This document shows, in pieces, positions 8,607 to 20,602 of a stretch of 64,000 nt of DNA; the stretch's first letter is position 1, and each line of letters begins with the position of its first letter. The notes under the pieces were generated by a model. It was not told the DNA's origin. It worked only from the letters and a program-made list of their open reading frames with translations, and ran no database searches. Origin of the DNA: an uncultured Alphaproteobacteria bacterium (GTDB lineage: Bacteria > Pseudomonadota > Alphaproteobacteria > JAGOMX01); assembly GCA_963780985.1 (NCBI GenBank), contig CAWAEF010000003.1:110693-174692 (forward strand), given 5' to 3'. A program made the position numbers and the translations under genes.

Positions 8607-11354
8607 CTAAGCCTCAGCCCAAGTCTGACCCACCGCGGAATCTACCAGAATTGGTACCTTTAGCTCAGCAGAATTTGCCATAATAGGCCTGATCAGGTCG
8701 ATGGTTGCTTCGACCTCGTTGTCGGGGACTTCGAATATGAGTTCGTCGTGGATTTGTAGTAGCATTTTTGCGGCCAGGCCTGTGTCTTTGAGGGCTTGAA
8801 CGCTTCGGATCATGGCTTTTTTGATTAGGTCTGAGACGCTGCCCTGCAACGGTGCATTGATGGCTGCTCGCTCGGCAAAGCCGCGGCGGGAGGGGTTTTG
8901 GGCATTGATCTCGGGGATGAAGCACTTACGACCAAACAGGGTCTTCACAAAGCCAAACTCGTGGGCGATTTTTTTCTGCTCTTCCATGTAACGCTCAATG
9001 CCGGGATAGCGTTCCAAATAGTCCTGAATATGGCGTGCAGCATCGGATCGTGGTATGCGCAGTTGCCGGCTGAGGCCGTGGGCGCTGATGCCATAGATAA
9101 TCCCGAAGTTAATGACCTTTGCGCGATTACGCAGATCGCTATCCACCTGGTCCAGCGGCACACCGAATACTTCCGATGCGGCCATTTTGTGGATGTCCAG
9201 ATTGTGATGAAAAGCGTCCTGCAACTGAGGAATATCAGCCATGTGGGCCAAAAACCGCAGCTCGATTTGGGAATAGTCGAGAGATAGTAACTTACTCCCA
9301 GGATTGGCCTCAAATGCATCGCGAATCTTGCGGCCTTCTTCAGAGCGTACGGGGATATTCTGCAGGTTCGGATTATTGGACGACAACCTTCCCGTAGAGG
9401 TCACCGTCATCCCAAACTGGGTGTGAACCCGTCCGGTTTTGGGATTAATTTGATGCACAAGCGCATCGCTATAGGTGCTTTTCAATTTCGATAAATGCCG
9501 CCAATCAAGGATGAGGATAGGTAGGTGATGCCCCTGCACCGCCAGGTCTTCCAGGACCTCCGCCCCTGTAGAATGAGCACCGGTCTTGGCGCTTTTGCGG
9601 CCCTTTTCCATGTCCATTTCGTCAAACAGCACTTCTGCCAGCTGTTTAGGAGAACCGATATTAAACTGACGCCCTGCGGCTTCGTAAATATCCTTTTCGA
9701 TCCGGGCTATGCGAGCACCGAAGTCTTTACTGATGTCCTTGAGCTTTTGCAAGTTTATGCCGATACCACAGTATTCCATATCCGCCAGAATCTTAATCAT
9801 AGGGCGGTCTAGGGTTTCATAGATGGTCTGCTGATGTTCTTTTATTATCCGGGATTTCAGAACCGTATAAAGGCGACCCGTTATATCCGCGTCTTCGGCC
9901 GCATATGTGCAGGCGGGCTCCAGTTCTACCTCATCAAAACGCAGCTGAGTCTTTCCTGATCCCGTTACGTCCTTATAAGAAATCGTCTGATAGTCGAAAT
10001 AAAGCTTCGCCAGCTCATCCATACCATGGCCATGAGAGACCCCATCCAGTACATAAGACATAACCATGGTGTCATCAATGGGAGAAACCTCAATGCCGTA
10101 GCGCCTAAGGACCAGCATGTCGTATTTAAGGTTCTGGCCGATCTTAAGGATACTCGGATCTTCCAAGACCGGTTTCAACTGATCTATCGCCTGTTGGAAG
10201 GGTATTTGCGTAACGGACTTGCCCGCTTTGCCTTGATCAAACAGATCACCATTTCTGACCTTGTGAGCAAGAGGTATATAACACGCCTCACCAGACTTTA
10301 AAGACAGGGAGACACCCACCAGCTCAGCCATCATGGGATCCAGGGATGTGGTCTCCGTGTCCACAGACACATGACCGACCTCATTAATGCGGGTAATCCA
10401 CGCCTGAAGCGCCTCAACGGTCTGTACCAGCTGGTAATCGGCTTTTTCTGTTGGCGCCACTTCTATATTATTGGCACTCAGCTTGAATCCACGCTTTTCA
10501 AGGCGCGCTTTGACCCCATTAAAACTCTGAGCATCCAAAAACCGCGTTAGTTCGTCTACGTCAGGCTCTTTAAAGCTAAAGTCTTCTATGGTTTGGTCAA
10601 CGGGTACATTATTTTCTAGGGTCACTAATTGGTAACTTATGCGGGCACTCTCCGCATGCTCAAGCAAGCGCTCTCGGCGCTTAGGTTGCTTAATCTCATT
10701 TGCCCTGGCCAGCAGGTTCTCTAGGTTTCCGTATTCAAGTATCAGTTCCGCTGCGGTCTTCACGCCGATACCTGGCACCCCTGGAACATTGTCCGAGGTA
10801 TCTCCTGCTAGCGACTGAATATCTACAACTTTGTCGGGTGTAACTCCAAACTTTTCGATTACTTCTGGCACACCAATGGGGCGATTGCGGATAGGGTCAA
10901 ACATAACAACTTGATCATTAACCAGCTGCATCAAGTCCTTGTCGGAGGAAACAATGGTCACCTCCATCCCCTGCTCTACGGCTTTTCTGGCATAGGTTGC
11001 AATCAGGTCATCGGCCTCAAATCCAGGCATTTCAATCATCGCTACGTTAAAGGCCTTACAAGCCTCACGCACCAGGCCGAATTGCGGGATAAGCTCGTGG
11101 GGCGTTTCCTCGCGATTGGCTTTGTAATCCGCATATATATCGTTACGAAAAGTCTTGCGCGCGCTATCAAACACGACCACAATGTGGTCGGCTTTCATAT
11201 CCATGATGAGACGGATGAGCATATTGGTAAAACCAAGCACCGCGTTTATCTGAACGCCATCAGGACGTGTAAGCGGCGGCAAAGCATGAAAAGCACGGAA
11301 GATGAAGCCTGAGCCATCAACCAAATAGAGGTGATTTTGATGATTGTTTGTCAT
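8607..11354 (-). CDS. polA: DNA polymerase I.
   Basis: The full 5'-3' exonuclease, 3'-5' exonuclease and Klenow polymerase domains are present, with motifs LYLVDGSGFIFRAF, DYSQIELR and QIHDELIFE. The likely start is the internal Met (MTNNHQ...) at 11354 rather than the 11417 ORF start. Confidence 0.93.
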   Translation of the reverse strand: MTNNHQNHLYLVDGSGFIFRAFHALPPLTRPDGVQINAVLGFTNMLIRLIMDMKADHIVVVFDSARKTFRNDIYADYKANREETPHELIPQFGLVREACKAFNVAMIEMPGFEADDLIATYARKAVEQGMEVTIVSSDKDLMQLVNDQVVMFDPIRNRPIGVPEVIEKFGVTPDKVVDIQSLAGDTSDNVPGVPGIGVKTAAELILEYGNLENLLARANEIKQPKRRERLLEHAESARISYQLVTLENNVPVDQTIEDFSFKEPDVDELTRFLDAQSFNGVKARLEKRGFKLSANNIEVAPTEKADYQLVQTVEALQAWITRINEVGHVSVDTETTSLDPMMAELVGVSLSLKSGEACYIPLAHKVRNGDLFDQGKAGKSVTQIPFQQAIDQLKPVLEDPSILKIGQNLKYDMLVLRRYGIEVSPIDDTMVMSYVLDGVSHGHGMDELAKLYFDYQTISYKDVTGSGKTQLRFDEVELEPACTYAAEDADITGRLYTVLKSRIIKEHQQTIYETLDRPMIKILADMEYCGIGINLQKLKDISKDFGARIARIEKDIYEAAGRQFNIGSPKQLAEVLFDEMDMEKGRKSAKTGAHSTGAEVLEDLAVQGHHLPILILDWRHLSKLKSTYSDALVHQINPKTGRVHTQFGMTVTSTGRLSSNNPNLQNIPVRSEEGRKIRDAFEANPGSKLLSLDYSQIELRFLAHMADIPQLQDAFHHNLDIHKMAASEVFGVPLDQVDSDLRNRAKVINFGIIYGISAHGLSRQLRIPRSDAARHIQDYLERYPGIERYMEEQKKIAHEFGFVKTLFGRKCFIPEINAQNPSRRGFAERAAINAPLQGSVSDLIKKAMIRSVQALKDTGLAAKMLLQIHDELIFEVPDNEVEATIDLIRPIMANSAELKVPILVDSAVGQTWAEA

Positions 11355-11667
11355 ATAGTTGGAATAGCACAGCTGGAAAGAAAGGCAAGAGGAAAAATGT
11401 AACTCCCCAGCTAGCACGTCATCTACGTGCGAAAGCCTGCGCTCCGGTGCTCACGTACCCAAAAGTACGCTCCGCTCCGGTGCTCGGCTTTCGCACGTAG
11501 CTAACGCACTATCTGAAGAGTTGCCCGTAACTGCCCTGGGCAGTTACAGGAAGATGGGGAATTTGGGTAAGAAAATTCATCTAGTTTTCAGAGCAAAGCT
11601 AGTTACTGAAATTATTTGACATATTTATTCTCTTCCAGTATTTTGTCAGTAAGTATAGGATATTATT

Positions 11668-12903
11668 ATGAAGTATATTGCATTTATCATTATGATTTTT
11701 ACGTTACCCTTGGCTCATGCTAGCCAGGGAGTATCTGTTGACCCCAACGCCCAAGAAGAAGCGGCTCGCCAGCGCGCACAGGCTCGAAGAGAGCTCAACC
11801 AAGGACTTGCAGAGAACCTGCGGCCACCCAAGAGCAAGCCACAATTAAAACATCTTTGCCAATTACAAGCCATGGAGCTAGACCCCCATTGGACATTTCA
11901 AGGAATGGCTACTTTCTTGGATGTCCAATATCTCTTCCTTGGCAATCTGAACTTGGCGACACTGCCTTCCTCACTTACCCAGCTTAAAAAGCTTGTAACA
12001 CTGGATTTATCAGACAACCGCCTTACAGAAACCCCCTCCTGGCTAACAATGCTCAAAGTATTGGATGAGCTAAGCCTAAATCACAACGAGTTAGACACGA
12101 GCAAAGACTTCCTTAAGGGAGCAAAACACGTAAGAAAGCTGCATCTAAATGGAAACGGCTTCACACAAGTTCCGACCGCTCTTGATGGCATGACGAAACT
12201 GGTAGTCATCGATCTGAAGGATAATAAAATAGAAGAGATTCCAGCCTTTATAAGTAATCTCCCGCTGAGAGGTCTATGCCTTGCGAATAACATGATCGAA
12301 GAACTTCCCGCGCATATGTCACAGATGAGAAACCTTAGAACTCTAGAACTGCAATCAAATTCTTTGCGCTCACTACCAAACTTCCTGTTGAGTCTAGCTA
12401 ATTTAGTTTACGTAGATGTTAGTAACAACAAATATTTAGTGCAAAATAAGACTGCTGAAGCGCTAAGACTACAAGGCAAACTCGATATGACCCAGCAGGT
12501 TGCCACGCAACTTGCTTCAAAAGCGACAAATAATATGGTCGCTACAGTTCAGAACAAGCCCCAGACCCAGGCACCGAGAGCAACGACGGAGCTGAAAGCA
12601 GCCGAGAAAATCAAGCAGCAAGCAGTTGCAAGCACTCCTCAAAAAAGGCCGCGGCCCTCCAAAAAAGACAGCCCAGCCACTGACTTGGATCTAACGCTGG
12701 TGGAGGGCAAAATCGACTCTGTGGCAAAAATCCTCTCGGACGTACAACCTGACCAGAGATTATTAATAGCACTGACTGCTGCAAATCTCCCAAAAAGAAA
12801 CAGCGATTCGACTATATATAATACATTGATCGCCTTGGGAATCGATAATGTCACCGCAGAAAAGATGATGAAGCAACTGCCCAAAGATAAGCAGAATAAG
12901 TAA
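11668..12903 (+). CDS. Secreted leucine-rich-repeat (LRR) protein, eukaryotic-like effector candidate.
   Basis: Signal peptide MKYIAFIIMIFTLPLAHA. About ten LxxLxLxxNxL repeats, for example LVTLDLSDNRLTETP and LRTLELQSNSLRSLP. Confidence 0.75.
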   Translation: MKYIAFIIMIFTLPLAHASQGVSVDPNAQEEAARQRAQARRELNQGLAENLRPPKSKPQLKHLCQLQAMELDPHWTFQGMATFLDVQYLFLGNLNLATLPSSLTQLKKLVTLDLSDNRLTETPSWLTMLKVLDELSLNHNELDTSKDFLKGAKHVRKLHLNGNGFTQVPTALDGMTKLVVIDLKDNKIEEIPAFISNLPLRGLCLANNMIEELPAHMSQMRNLRTLELQSNSLRSLPNFLLSLANLVYVDVSNNKYLVQNKTAEALRLQGKLDMTQQVATQLASKATNNMVATVQNKPQTQAPRATTELKAAEKIKQQAVASTPQKRPRPSKKDSPATDLDLTLVEGKIDSVAKILSDVQPDQRLLIALTAANLPKRNSDSTIYNTLIALGIDNVTAEKMMKQLPKDKQNK

Positions 12904-12913
12904 TTAAACCTGA

Positions 12914-15053
12914 CTACCCCTTAGCGCGATCGACGCTGCTGATGTGGGATGAAGATCGCAGCGCACCTATAATATTGTTCAGGTGAGATATATCGGTAAC
13001 TTCCACATCAACGATAACGTCGAAGAAGGTCTCCGTTCGGTGGGTTATCTTCAGGTTTAATATGTTACCGCCATTTTTGCCGATCAGGGTCGTCAGGGCT
13101 GCAAGGCTGCCCAGCTTGTTATAGATGGTAATCCTTAGGCGCGTTACATACTTGTCCTCGACACTGGATTCATCAGACCAGCCCACATCCAACCAACGAT
13201 CAGGCTCATCTGCGTATCGTTGCAGGGTATCACAGTCTTCCGTATGCACAGTCACACCACGGCCTGTTATCACAATACCGACAATTTTGTCACCGGGTAG
13301 AGGGTGACAACAACCTGCATAGTGCACCGCCATTCCTGGAATAAGTCCTTTGAGCGAGACTTTACCTTCCGTGTGGGTCTTTTTATCCGACCATTCTTCA
13401 GGTGTCTTGGTTCGCTTATCAGAGACCAGTCTTTCAGGGTGCAGCACCCGGATAATTTCAGAAACCGTACGTTGTCCTTCACCCAGAATCGAGTATAGAT
13501 CCTCGATAGATTTACAACCCAACTTGCCCAGATTTTCAGTCAGAGTCGCCTCATCAAATACGAGCTTTTCGGCTTTGAAAGTCTTTTGCAGTATGGTCTG
13601 CCCCAGCGCCACAAACTCATGGCGCTTTTGGGTGCGGATGTACCGGCGGATGGCTGATCTCGCCTTACCCGTGACCGCATAGCGTTCCCATGTGGGTGAA
13701 GGCGTTTGTGCCTTGGAGGTGGTGATCTCCACCTGGTCACCATTATGGAGCACGTACGCAAAGGCACCATACGCCCGTTTATTTTGGCGCCTACGCAATG
13801 ATTGCCCACAGCGCTGTGCACCGCATAAGCAAAGTCGATGGGTGTGGCCCCACTAGGCAGGGAGATCAAATCACCCTTGGGCGTAAAGCAGAACACCTGA
13901 TCCTGGAACATTTCCAGCTTGGTGTTTTCCAAAAACTCTTCTGGATCTGAAGCATTTTCAAGGATATCCAACAGCCCACGCAGCCATTTATAACCGGAAG
14001 AAGCCTCATCTACTCTCCCGCCTTGTTTATACCGCCAGTGAGCAGCCACACCGTAGTCATTGACCTCATGCATATCCTTGGTACGGATTTGTATCTCAAT
14101 ACGATACCCTTTCGGACCGATGACGGTTGTGTGAAGAGACTGGTAGTTATTGGGTTTTGGCGTTGATATGTAATCTTTAAATCGCCCCGGTATCACCGAA
14201 TAAGCCCCATGCAGGTAGCCAAGTGCCTGATAGCATTCCGACACACCGTTAACAACTACCCGGAACGCGACAATGTCCGACAACTGTTCGAACGTCACGT
14301 TTTTATTACGCATCTTTCGCCAAATGGAATAAGGGGATTTTTCCCGACCAGAGATCTTGACTTCCATCCCGTTGTTTTCAAACAGGTCCTTTAAATCCTT
14401 GGTAATAACGTTGACTGAGTCTTCATCTTCTTCCCGCAGGAACTTGAGACGGGCCAGAATAGAGTCCCTGGCATCGGGATTTAGTTCTCTAAAAGCCAGA
14501 TCCTCAAGCTCGTCCTTCATTTTGTGCACGCCGATGCGCTGGGCCAGCGGCACATAAATTTCCATGGTCTCCCGCGCTTTACGGGCGCGCTTTTCAGCCG
14601 ATGGCAAGTAATGTAGCGTCCGCATGTTATGCAGGCGGTCCGCCAGTTTAATAAGCGACACCCGAATATCATTGGACATAGCCAACACGAGTTTACGAAA
14701 GTTCTCCGCTTGCTCTTGCTGGTGAGACTCCCATTTGATCATGGAAAGTTTCGTAACCCCATCCACTAGCTTGCGCACGTCTTTGCCGAAGTGTTTTTCA
14801 ATATCATCAAGACTGACGTGGGTGTCCTCAACGGGTCATGCAACAATGCCGTAACGATAGAAGCCGTATCTAGCTTCATTTCCGTCAGGATGCCAGCAAC
14901 TTCCAAAGGATGAGAAAAATAGGGATCACCGGACGCACGGGTTTGCGACCCATGGGCCTTCATGGCAAAGACATATGCTGAGTTTAAAGCATCCTCATCC
15001 GCATTTGGATCGTAGGCTTTTACTCGTTCTACAAGCTCATACTGTCTGATCAT
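12914..15053 (-). pseudogene. spoT: Bifunctional (p)ppGpp synthetase/hydrolase SpoT/RelA homologue interrupted by two frameshifts.
   Basis: Three consecutive same-strand ORFs: 14766..15053 (HD hydrolase N-terminus), 13540..14778 (synthetase/TGS) and 12914..13798 (C-terminal ACT region). The N-terminal junction needs a 1-nt correction at ~14830 (catgaccCgttgaggac should be catgacAccgttgaggac to read HDTVEDTHVSLDDIEKHFGKDVRKLVDG). The second junction lies near 13.76-13.80 kb. Confidence 0.8.
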
Positions 15054-15325
15054 TGGTTAATACACTAATCCCTGTGAAGATCTAGATCCAATTTAATGAT
15101 ATCAAATGGTTACTAAAATAGAAATGATTATTGTTTAGAAACCGATTCCGATGCCGGACCGAGCCGTCTTGCATGTGCTGTCCTTCACTTTTGAAATACG
15201 TCCGAAAGTGAAGAAAGCACAAACTATTGAGTCGTAAACTTTTGGTGAGTTATGACCAAGGCACCCAGGGTGGCGTAAATCCCCTAGTTAAGTGCCTAGC
15301 CTGCACGTGTTTGAGACACCCCGGA

Positions 15326-17250
15326 TCATGTAACCGATTTTGTATTATCAGTTCCTCTGGCGGGCATAGTATCCTTCACTTCATCGTAGAACCTGTAGTG
15401 TCCCTTGCCGGATTTCTTGGCTGCGTACATGGCCGTGTCACTGCTAGTTAGAAGCGCCTCCGGTGTGATACCGTCTTGGGGAAATACTGATATGCCTATA
15501 CTTACACCAAAGGGGACTTTTTTCCCGTTATAATCATAATGATCACCAACAGCCTTAAGTATACGATCGGCAATGTGCGTAAGATCTTCCCGGCTACATG
15601 GAGTTCTGAGGATGATTGCAAATTCATCCCCTCCCAAGCGCGCAATGACGTCTGGAGTACGCACGCACTTTTTGAGGGTATCGCTGATGTATATAGCACC
15701 TGATCCCCCACATCATGGCCCAGAGTATCATTGATTGCCTTAAATCCATCCAGATCTAAGAACATCAAACCAAAGCGTTCTAGAGTGGGCCCATTGGCTG
15801 CAAAGGAAGACGTCAAGTTGGCCTCAAAAGAAGCCCTGTTGGCAAGACCTGTTAACGCGTCATGCATAGCCAGATACGTCAGACGATCTTCGTCTTGCTT
15901 GCGGTTTGTCACGTCCTTATGCACTGAAACGAGGCCGCCATCTGGGGTTGCGCTATTGACGATCTCAATCCAGCGACCATCCCGTAACCGAACCAGATAT
16001 GGCGCAGACAACTTCTGGCGTGCCTCATTCAGGCTTACCCAGTTGTCTACATCTTGCGCCGTCGCAGCCTGTGCCTGACCTAACTGGCGACGTTCTTCGA
16101 AATAGACGCCTAGCTCCATGTTCTTACGCAGCAATTGCTCGTAAGTGAATCCATGATTGCCCAGCCTCTCAACACCAGGATAGAGTCTCTGGAACTGTTC
16201 ATTACAGAGATTCAAGCGTTCGTCGTGATCAAAAACAGCAAAACCATCGTCAATACTCTCAATGGCTGTTTCTAGCTTTTTACGGGCCATCTCAAGCTTG
16301 TCCAAGTTCTGTTGCTCTCGATCTCGTAAATTCTTCTTTTCAAGACATGCCTTTATACGGGCATGCAATACGACAGGGTTAAAGGGCGTGGGCAGGTAGT
16401 CTTCTGCGCCAACCTCAATACAGCGTACGATACTATCCACCTCACTGAGCGCGGAAATCATCAGCACGGGTATGTTTTTTGTAGCCGGATCACTCTTCAA
16501 ACGTGTTAGCACCTCATACCCGTTCATAACCGGCATCATGATGTCGAGTAGAATCAGATCCACCGGTTTTTGAGACACCACTTCGAGACCAGCAGCACCG
16601 TCTTCTGCGGTGATAACTTTAACACCGTAACGAGATAGACGTCGACGCAGGATCTCGCGGTTGTATGGGGAATCGTCTATGATCAAAACCGTGTTGTCGG
16701 CAAATTGCTCTCCGTAAGGCAAGTTGCTCTCAACCAGACCTTGGTTGTATGTCAGGTTTTCGTTGGTGCTGAATTCCTCGTTTTGAATGAGGTCATCCAA
16801 GCGAAGGCCATCAATGACGGGAATCAAGTTGTTGGCGTGTTCAATTATAACACCAAAGCCCTTGCTAAAATTAGCCGCAGCTTCTGTGCTTTCATCCCCT
16901 AATTCCTCTTGGATAAGTTCACTATAGCCTAAGATCGCACCCACCTTTGCGCGCAGGTCATGACGGGCTTCTTTCATATGCTCTTCGGTCAGATCATTTG
17001 CCTGAATCCAGTTAGCAATAGAAGTTCGGTCCTTTTCTACCAATTCAACAAATTGATCGCAAGCAGTGAGGATACTGTTCAGATCCTCTTCAAAATTTGG
17101 AAATTCTCTACCAGCCTCCACGGCTTGTACCACGAGAGGTTTTATGTACTCTACTGCACGCAAGATTTTCGTAAAAATCTGCTCGACTTTGAGGGCGGCT
17201 TGTTCACCACGGACTGCGTTCATTTCATATGCTATCCCATTACCAGACAT
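15326..17250 (-). pseudogene. Response regulator receiver-PAS-GGDEF (diguanylate cyclase) protein with a frameshift inside the GGDEF domain.
   Basis: 15502..17250 encodes the REC domain (LIIDDSPYNREILRRRL...DLILLDIMMP), a PAS-like segment and the start of GGDEF. The GGDEF core (RLGGDEFAII) continues in the overlapping ORF 15326..15664 in another frame. Confidence 0.7.
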
Positions 17251-17270
17251 GTGTTATTTTTAATCCTTTC

Positions 17271-17663
17271 CTATTTAGTATTATCGTTTTCTGAACTCTT
17301 TGACCCCAGAAATGCTTCCATCTTGGATAAAAGGCGATCCAGGTCGATTGGCTTGGTGTCATAATCCTCACACCCAGCCTCCAATGCCCTCTCGCGATCA
17401 CCAATGAGAGCATGTGCTGTCAACGCGATGATGGGAATTTTATTCGTGTTCGCATTCTTTTTAATTATGCGCGTAGCTTCCCAGCCATCAAGGACAGGCA
17501 GGCTCATATCCATAAGGATTAAATCCGGCATACCATCGCTTGCCATGCGAACCGCTTGTTCTCCATCCACTGCTATCTGGACATCATAACCACGACGCAT
17601 CAAGCGGCGGGAAAGCATGTCCCGGTTCATATCATTATCTTCTACCAGAAGGATTTTCGACAT
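17271..17663 (-). CDS. Single-domain CheY-like response regulator.
   Basis: KILLVEDNDMNRDML...DLILMDMSLPVLDGWE with the conserved Asp and Lys residues, 130 aa. Confidence 0.8.
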   Translation of the reverse strand: MSKILLVEDNDMNRDMLSRRLMRRGYDVQIAVDGEQAVRMASDGMPDLILMDMSLPVLDGWEATRIIKKNANTNKIPIIALTAHALIGDRERALEAGCEDYDTKPIDLDRLLSKMEAFLGSKSSENDNTK

Positions 17664-17763
17664 TTGCCCTACCCTAGATTAATTTTAGTCGTATTTGATT
17701 TAACTTGTTGATTCTTACCTAAGAAAATTGGTACCTCTTTTTCTAAGTTAATTAAAGCAAAAA

Positions 17764-19405
17764 ATGATTATAAAAACATTAATAATATGGAATGATTCTC
17801 AAATGTCAAAAGAGACGGTTAACCCAGGAATTCCGCAAATCTTGATGGCTAAAGGCTTTCTGTCAAATGATCAATTCGCAATTGTCAAAAAGGAGCGGGA
17901 AAAAACCGGAAAAAATTTTTCGCAGACGCTGGTTGCTTTGGGTTTTATCAGCGAGCAATCCCTCAATCAGATCGTTGCGGAGCATGGCGGCTTTACGGCG
18001 CTCGATCTTTCTTCCACATCCCTGGATCATGAGCTAATTAAAACCTTGCCAAGACACATCGCGGAGCAAAGGCAAATGATACCGGTGTCCATGGAGGGCA
18101 GTAACCTTTTGCTGGCATTGGTGGATGTATATGATTTGCGGGCGCTGGATCAGGCTCGGAAGTATTTTCCCCATTGTACCCTGCAACCAGTTCTGACCAA
18201 CAGCGCACAACTGAAAGCTGCCATCGATCGTTATTACGGCTATGAACTTACCGTCGACAAATTGCTGAAGGAAATTGAGAGCTCAAATGTGGCCCTCGAG
18301 GGCGAAACAACTTGGGTCAGTCCTGTTGTCCGTCTTGTTGAAACGCTTTTGATCCATGGGATTAAATTGGGAGCCTCCGACGTTCATTTTCAGCCAGAGG
18401 AGAGCTTTGTTCGCGTAGATATCGCATCGATGGCATCTTGCAACAGCACTGCGTCTTCCACAAGTCCTATTGGTCCGCTATCTGTGTGCGCCTCAAGGTT
18501 ATATCTGATCTAAATCTAGCTGAATCACGACGACCCAAACGGGACGCTTAAGCCTGATGTACGGCTTGCGTGAGGTCGACTTTCGCGTTTCTTCACATCC
18601 TACGGTCTATGGCGAAAGCATCGTCTTGCGTATCCTAGACAAACAACATTCCATCAGGTCTTTGGAGCATCTAGGCTTCAACCCGGAACAAGTGGCGAGC
18701 CTTATCCAGCAGATCAAGCAGCCTCAGGGTTTGTTTATTATTACGGGCCCAACAGGATCGGGTAAGACCACCACCCTTTACTCGATTTTGCAGTACCTTA
18801 ACAGTTCCTCACGCAACATTATGACCTTGGAGCAGCCTGTGGAATACCGGCTGCCTATGATTCGACAGTCAGAAATCCGGGAGATGAGCAAGACCACCTT
18901 TGCCGACGGTGTCAGGAGCCTTTTGCGGCAGGATCCGGACATCATCTTCATCGGCGAGGTGCGGGATGAGGATACGGCTCAGATGGCCCTGAGAGCGGCT
19001 ATGACGGGGCATCTCGTGTTTACGACCTTGCATACCAATGATAGCGCCAGCGTCATTTCTCGCCTTCGGGATCTGGGGCTCAAACCCGGCATGGTGGCGG
19101 ATTACCTCGTGGCCTCGGTCTCCCAGAGATTGCTACGGTTGCTTTGTGCGAATTGTGGAGGAGATGGTTGCCAGGACTGTCATCACACTGGATTCAAGGG
19201 ACGGCAAGCAGTGGGGGAGATACTGGTCTTTAATGCGACCCTTAAAGACCTGGTTGCAGAGGGCGCATCCCCTAGCCTTTTGCGCAAAGCCGCAACGGAA
19301 CAGGGGTTCAAGCCTATGGCAGCGGTGGCGCAGGACATGATTGACAAGGGACTCACCACAAGGGATGAAGTGGATTTCCAGCTGGGGGCTGCTCATGGGG
19401 AATAG
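17764..19405 (+). pseudogene. GspE/PilB/MshE-family secretion ATPase with a T2SSE_N domain, interrupted by frameshifts near 18.43 and 18.54 kb.
   Basis: The N-terminal T2SSE_N-like domain is in 17764..18513. Walker A GPTGSGKTTT and the C-terminal tetracysteine CANCGGDGCQDCHHTG are in 18557..19405. The conserved RIDG.../AESRRP segments read in a third frame between the two ORFs. Confidence 0.75.
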
Positions 19406-20599
19406 GCTTTACACCTATAAAGCGGCCGCCCATGGGGGAGAGATTATTCGCGGCAGCGCCCTTGCAACGGATGCTCAAGCCCTTTACCAGCAGTTGCGGG
19501 ACCAAAACCATTTTCTTATCTCCACCAGGGTCAAAAGAGGTCTGTTGACGGGCTTATTTAAGACCAAGGTCACGCCTCAGGAACTCTTTGATTTTTGCCT
19601 ACATATGCAATACATGGATCAGGCTGGGGTACCGTTGCTGGATGCGCTCCTGGATGCGCAAAGCTCGAGCACCAAGCTGAAACCTGTGCTGGCAGATATG
19701 ATCACACAGATTAAAGGTGGCAGGATGCTATCGGAGACGATTGCTAGCCACAAAGATACTTTCCCGGATATGTTTCAACCCATTATCTATCTGTCCGAGC
19801 AATCGGGTCAATTGGCCAAGGTTTTAAAACCCTTTATGAGCACCTTTCCTGGAAGGAACAGAATAAGCGCCAGCTGAGCAAAAGTCTGCAATACCCAGCG
19901 ATGGTCTTTGGCCTGATCTGTGTGGTGATGTGGATGATGTCGGTGGTGGTGGTGCCACAAATGTTTGATCTGATCAAGATGAGCGGCGTTGAAGTTCCCT
20001 ATTCTACCAGGTTGCTGTTAGATATAAATCAGGGGCTTGTGCAATGGGCACCACGAGCGTTAATGCTTGGCGCCTGTGGTCTGTTGTTGATCATGGGCCT
20101 GCGTTTTCTTTCCTTGAGTCATAAACTGCGCCAGGATCGGCTGTTATTGAAGGTCCCATTTATCGGACAGTTGTTAGTCAAGCGCGATTTGGCCATGTAT
20201 CTTCACTTTTTTCATGTGTGCCTTACGTCTCATATAGACTTGTTGGAGTGTATGGATTATGGCCGTAAAGCTGTGCGTAATTGTTGGCTTCAGGAAAGGC
20301 TTGCGGCTTGTGCCAAAGCCGTGAGAGAAGGTTCCACCTTGTCCAAAGCGATGCAAAATGCGGGTATTTTTGATGCCTCTACCTTGCGCATGGTTCAGAT
20401 CGGCGAGATCACAGGGCATCTGACAGCGCTTTTGGCCGTGCTGGAAAATTATCATGTGCGTGATTTAAAACGACAAATCGAGCGTTTTCTCACCTATCTT
20501 CAGCCTGGCTTGTTGGGTATAATTGGCCTGATGTTAATCTGGATTGTGGTGGGGATATTCTATCCTCTATACGACCAGTTGTTGGTAATAGAAGGGTAA
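19398..20599 (+). pseudogene. GspF/PilC-family inner-membrane platform protein with a frameshift in an A-run near 19829-19832.
   Basis: The N-terminal half is MGNRLYTYKAAAHGG...QSGQLAKVLK. The C-terminal half is MVFGLICVV.... The alternative frame reads KTLYEHLSWKEQNKRQLSKSLQYPAMVFGL continuously if one extra A is inserted in gttttaaaaccc. Confidence 0.75.
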
Positions 20600-20602
20600 G
20601 GC

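Noticed and set aside
8665-11312. Multiple 60-130-aa ORFs on both strands inside polA (for example 8898..9287, 8945..9319, 10911..11312).
   Set aside because: They are antisense or out-of-frame ORFs within a highly conserved, intact polA.
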